Source of the DNA: Parvibaculum sp.
Lineage (GTDB): Bacteria > Pseudomonadota > Alphaproteobacteria > Parvibaculales > Parvibaculaceae
DNA: 64,000 bases
Assembly: GCF_049651025.1 (NCBI RefSeq)
Contig: NZ_JBASBH010000035.1
Span: 3,611 to 67,610, forward strand
Direction of reading: 5' to 3'
Below, one piece after another: positions 61,789 to 64,000 of this stretch (positions within the stretch are counted from its first letter, which is position 1; each line of letters starts with the position of its first letter). Below the pieces are notes generated by a model. The model was not told the DNA's origin and did no database searches. It worked only from the letters and a program-made list of their open reading frames with translations. The position numbers and the translations under genes are program-made.

Positions 61789-63317
61789 CACCACGCGTTC
61801 AACGCGGAATTGTTACCGGCTCGATCATGCTGGCGACGATCATGCAGACGCTGGATTCGACGATTGCCAACGTCGCCCTGCCGCATATGCAGGGAAGCAT
61901 GTCGGCGACGCAGGACCAGATTTCCTGGGTGCTGACCTCCTATATCATCGCCGCCGCCATAGCGACGCCCGCCACGGGCTTTCTCTCGACGCGTTTCGGG
62001 CGCAAGAGGCTGCTGGCGATTTCGGTCGTCGGCTTCACCGTGACCTCGATGCTTTGCGGTGCCGCCACCTCGCTTGAACAGATCGTGCTCTTTCGCCTCG
62101 CGCAGGGCGCTTGCGGCGCGGCTTTCGTGCCGCTCAGCCAGGCGATCATGCTCGACACCTATTCGATGGAAATGCGCGGCAAGATGATGGCGCTGTGGGG
62201 CGTCGGCGTCATGGTCGGACCCATTGTCGGCCCTGCCCTCGGCGGCTGGCTGACGGACAGCTATAGCTGGCGCTGGGTTTTCTACATCAATGTGCCGTTC
62301 GGCATTCTCGCGCTTGTCGGCATCATGACGGCGTTGCCGGAATCGACGCTCGACAAGGTGCGACGGTTCGACTGGCTGGGCTTTACATTCCTGAGCCTCG
62401 CCATCGGCTCGATGCAGTTGATGCTCGATCGCGGCAATCTCAAGGACTGGTTTTCGGCAAACGAGATCGTCGTCGAATTCCTGATCGCGGCTTTCGCATT
62501 CTATCTCTTCATCATTCACTCGCTGACGGCGAAAAAGCCTTTCATCGACCTGCAACTTTTCAAGGACCGAAATCTGCTGGTCGGCCTGACGATGATGTTC
62601 GTGGTCGGCCTCGTCCTCTATGCGACGATGGCACTGATGCCGCCCTATCTCGAAACGCTGATGGGCTATCCGGTGACGACCACGGGGCTTGTGCTCGCGC
62701 CGCGCGGCATCGGCACGATGATTGCGATGATGGTGGCAGGACGCATCATCAATCGGGTCGACATGCGACACCTCATCGCCTTCGGCCTCGCACTATCGGC
62801 CTTTTCTCTCTGGCAGATGGCGCAGTTCAACCTCAATATCAGCGAGCACACGATCATCTATACCGGCGTCGTTCAAGGCTTCGGTCTCGGCTTCATCTTT
62901 GCGCCGCTGACGACGATTTCCTTTGCGACACTGCCCGCGCATCTGCGCACCGACGGCACCAGCATTTACAGCCTGATGCGTAATGTCGGATCGAGTGTGG
63001 GCATTTCGGTGGCGATGGCGCTTGTCGTGCGGCTGACGCAAGTCAACCACGCCGCACTTGCCGAACGCGTGGACCCGACAAATCCGATTTTCCGTTCAGG
63101 CGCCATGCCGCATGGCTTTGGTATCGATACCCAGATGGGTCTTGCCATGCTGGACGGCGAAATCACGCGGCAGGCGGCGGCGATTGCCTATCTGAACGAT
63201 TTCCGTTTGATGATGGTGATGACTGCCATCGTCATTCCGCTGGTCTATCTGATGCGCAATCCAACGATCACGCCCGAGATGCAGAAAGAAGCGGCCGCGC
63301 ACGCAGTCATGGACTGA
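61785..63317 (+). CDS. MFS drug efflux transporter, DHA2 (EmrB/QacA, 14-TMS) family
   Basis: 510 aa. IMLATIMQTLDSTIANVALPHMQGS ... WVLTSY ... GRKRLL. Its start overlaps the MFP stop. Confidence 0.9.
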   Translation: MTPRVQRGIVTGSIMLATIMQTLDSTIANVALPHMQGSMSATQDQISWVLTSYIIAAAIATPATGFLSTRFGRKRLLAISVVGFTVTSMLCGAATSLEQIVLFRLAQGACGAAFVPLSQAIMLDTYSMEMRGKMMALWGVGVMVGPIVGPALGGWLTDSYSWRWVFYINVPFGILALVGIMTALPESTLDKVRRFDWLGFTFLSLAIGSMQLMLDRGNLKDWFSANEIVVEFLIAAFAFYLFIIHSLTAKKPFIDLQLFKDRNLLVGLTMMFVVGLVLYATMALMPPYLETLMGYPVTTTGLVLAPRGIGTMIAMMVAGRIINRVDMRHLIAFGLALSAFSLWQMAQFNLNISEHTIIYTGVVQGFGLGFIFAPLTTISFATLPAHLRTDGTSIYSLMRNVGSSVGISVAMALVVRLTQVNHAALAERVDPTNPIFRSGAMPHGFGIDTQMGLAMLDGEITRQAAAIAYLNDFRLMMVMTAIVIPLVYLMRNPTITPEMQKEAAAHAVMD

Positions 63318-63369
63318 CGCCTCGTGCTTTGACATGCTGGCGTCAGACCTTCGTTCGAGGAAAGTGCTT

Positions 63370-64000
63370 ATGGCTGTTCAGATACCCTATGTCCGCGAGA
63401 TCGAGTTCACCTATGACGCCAGCGAGCAGATCACGCCGCTGATCCGGCGCGTCGTCGCGGAGAACCCATCGGCATTCACCTACAAAGGGACGGGCACCTA
63501 TATTATCGGCCATGGCAATGTCGCCGTGATCGATCCGGGTCCGATGATCGAGGCGCATGTCGAGGCGCTGATGCGCGCGCTTGAGGGTGAAACGGTCACG
63601 CATATTCTCATCACCCATACGCATAGCGACCACTCCCCCGCCGCTGCGCCGCTGAAGGCGCGCACGGGCGCGAAGACCTATGGCTATGGACCGCATGGCG
63701 GCGGACAGGGCGAGGAAGACGGCGACATGGATTTCGTGCCGGATGTCGAAATCCGTCATGGCGATATCATCAAGGGAGACGGCTGGACGATCGAATGCGT
63801 GCACACGCCCGGCCACACGTCGAACCATATCTGCTTTGCGCTGCGCGAAGAGAAGGCGCTCTTCAGCGGCGATCACGTCATGGGCTGGTCGACGAGCATC
63901 GTCAGCCCGCCCGACGGCAATATGCGCGAATATATGGCGTCGCTTCGTTTGCTGCTGACGCGCGATGACGAGATTTACTGGCCGACGCATGGGCCTGCGA
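63370..64000 (+). CDS. MBL-fold metallo-hydrolase, N-terminal ~210 codons; continues beyond the window end
   Basis: My translation from the ATG at 63370 is MAVQIPYVREIEFTYDASEQITPLIRRVVAENPSAFTYKGTGTYIIGHGNVAVIDPGP ... ILITHTHSDHSPAA (HxHxDH motif). It has no in-window stop, so it is absent from the track. Confidence 0.8.
   Translation, partial: MAVQIPYVREIEFTYDASEQITPLIRRVVAENPSAFTYKGTGTYIIGHGNVAVIDPGPMIEAHVEALMRALEGETVTHILITHTHSDHSPAAAPLKARTGAKTYGYGPHGGGQGEEDGDMDFVPDVEIRHGDIIKGDGWTIECVHTPGHTSNHICFALREEKALFSGDHVMGWSTSIVSPPDGNMREYMASLRLLLTRDDEIYWPTHGPA

Noticed and set aside
55940-63990. Antisense ORFs 55940-57430, 57491-58810, 59845-61779, 61650-62771 and 63343-63990
   Set aside because: They lie opposite the Prs-like, mgtA, MarR/MFP, MFS and MBL genes respectively. 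The last one masks a genuine plus-strand MBL gene that lacks an in-window stop.

Overview
High-GC, gene-dense chromosomal segment. Gene content suggests an alphaproteobacterium of the Rhizobiales type: an EcfG-type promoter, PAS_5, DUF3775 and DUF3309 proteins (taxon is inference). No rRNA, CRISPR array, IS element, transposase or integrase was recognised. Left to right: (1) a visibly AT-richer polysaccharide-modification locus with partial asnB-like amidotransferase, a SAM methyltransferase and two GT4 glycosyltransferases; (2) a thiolase; (3) a two-partner secretion pair, with a 1567-aa TpsA exoprotein carrying about eight MBG-type repeats followed by its TpsB transporter; (4) divergent tRNA-Gln(UUG) and tRNA-Pro(CGG); (5) a cobalamin riboswitch in front of a BtuB-like TonB-dependent receptor; (6) fatty-acid/CoA genes, namely two enoyl-CoA hydratases, a PLP-dependent lyase/decarboxylase and an acyl-CoA synthetase; (7) an operon of four very small membrane/lipoproteins behind a perfect GGAAC-N16-CGTT promoter; (8) a complete kdpFABCDE locus with an extra 27-aa peptide gene; (9) a homoprotocatechuate-type meta-cleavage cluster with a TetR gene and a shared 20-bp upstream motif; (10) rhodanese plus a YeiH-type exporter; (11) ppsA followed by a tightly coupled operon of an SbmA/YddA-type ABC protein with a degenerate ATPase domain, GH1, GH2 and a PAS_5 protein; (12) a PCMT-erythromycin-esterase fusion and a stress-type cluster (ChaB, DUF3775, ADH, nitroreductase, tandem USP); (13) a deletion-scarred ABC-2 exporter remnant; (14) ADH, a Prs-like protein, mgtA, an emrRAB-like efflux operon and a partial MBL hydrolase. 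The many long antisense ORFs in the track are GC-driven shadow ORFs. The most unusual items are the transporter/glycosidase/PAS_5 operon with a dead nucleotide-binding domain, the MBG-repeat TPS pair, the micro-protein stress operon and the PCMT-Ere fusion.
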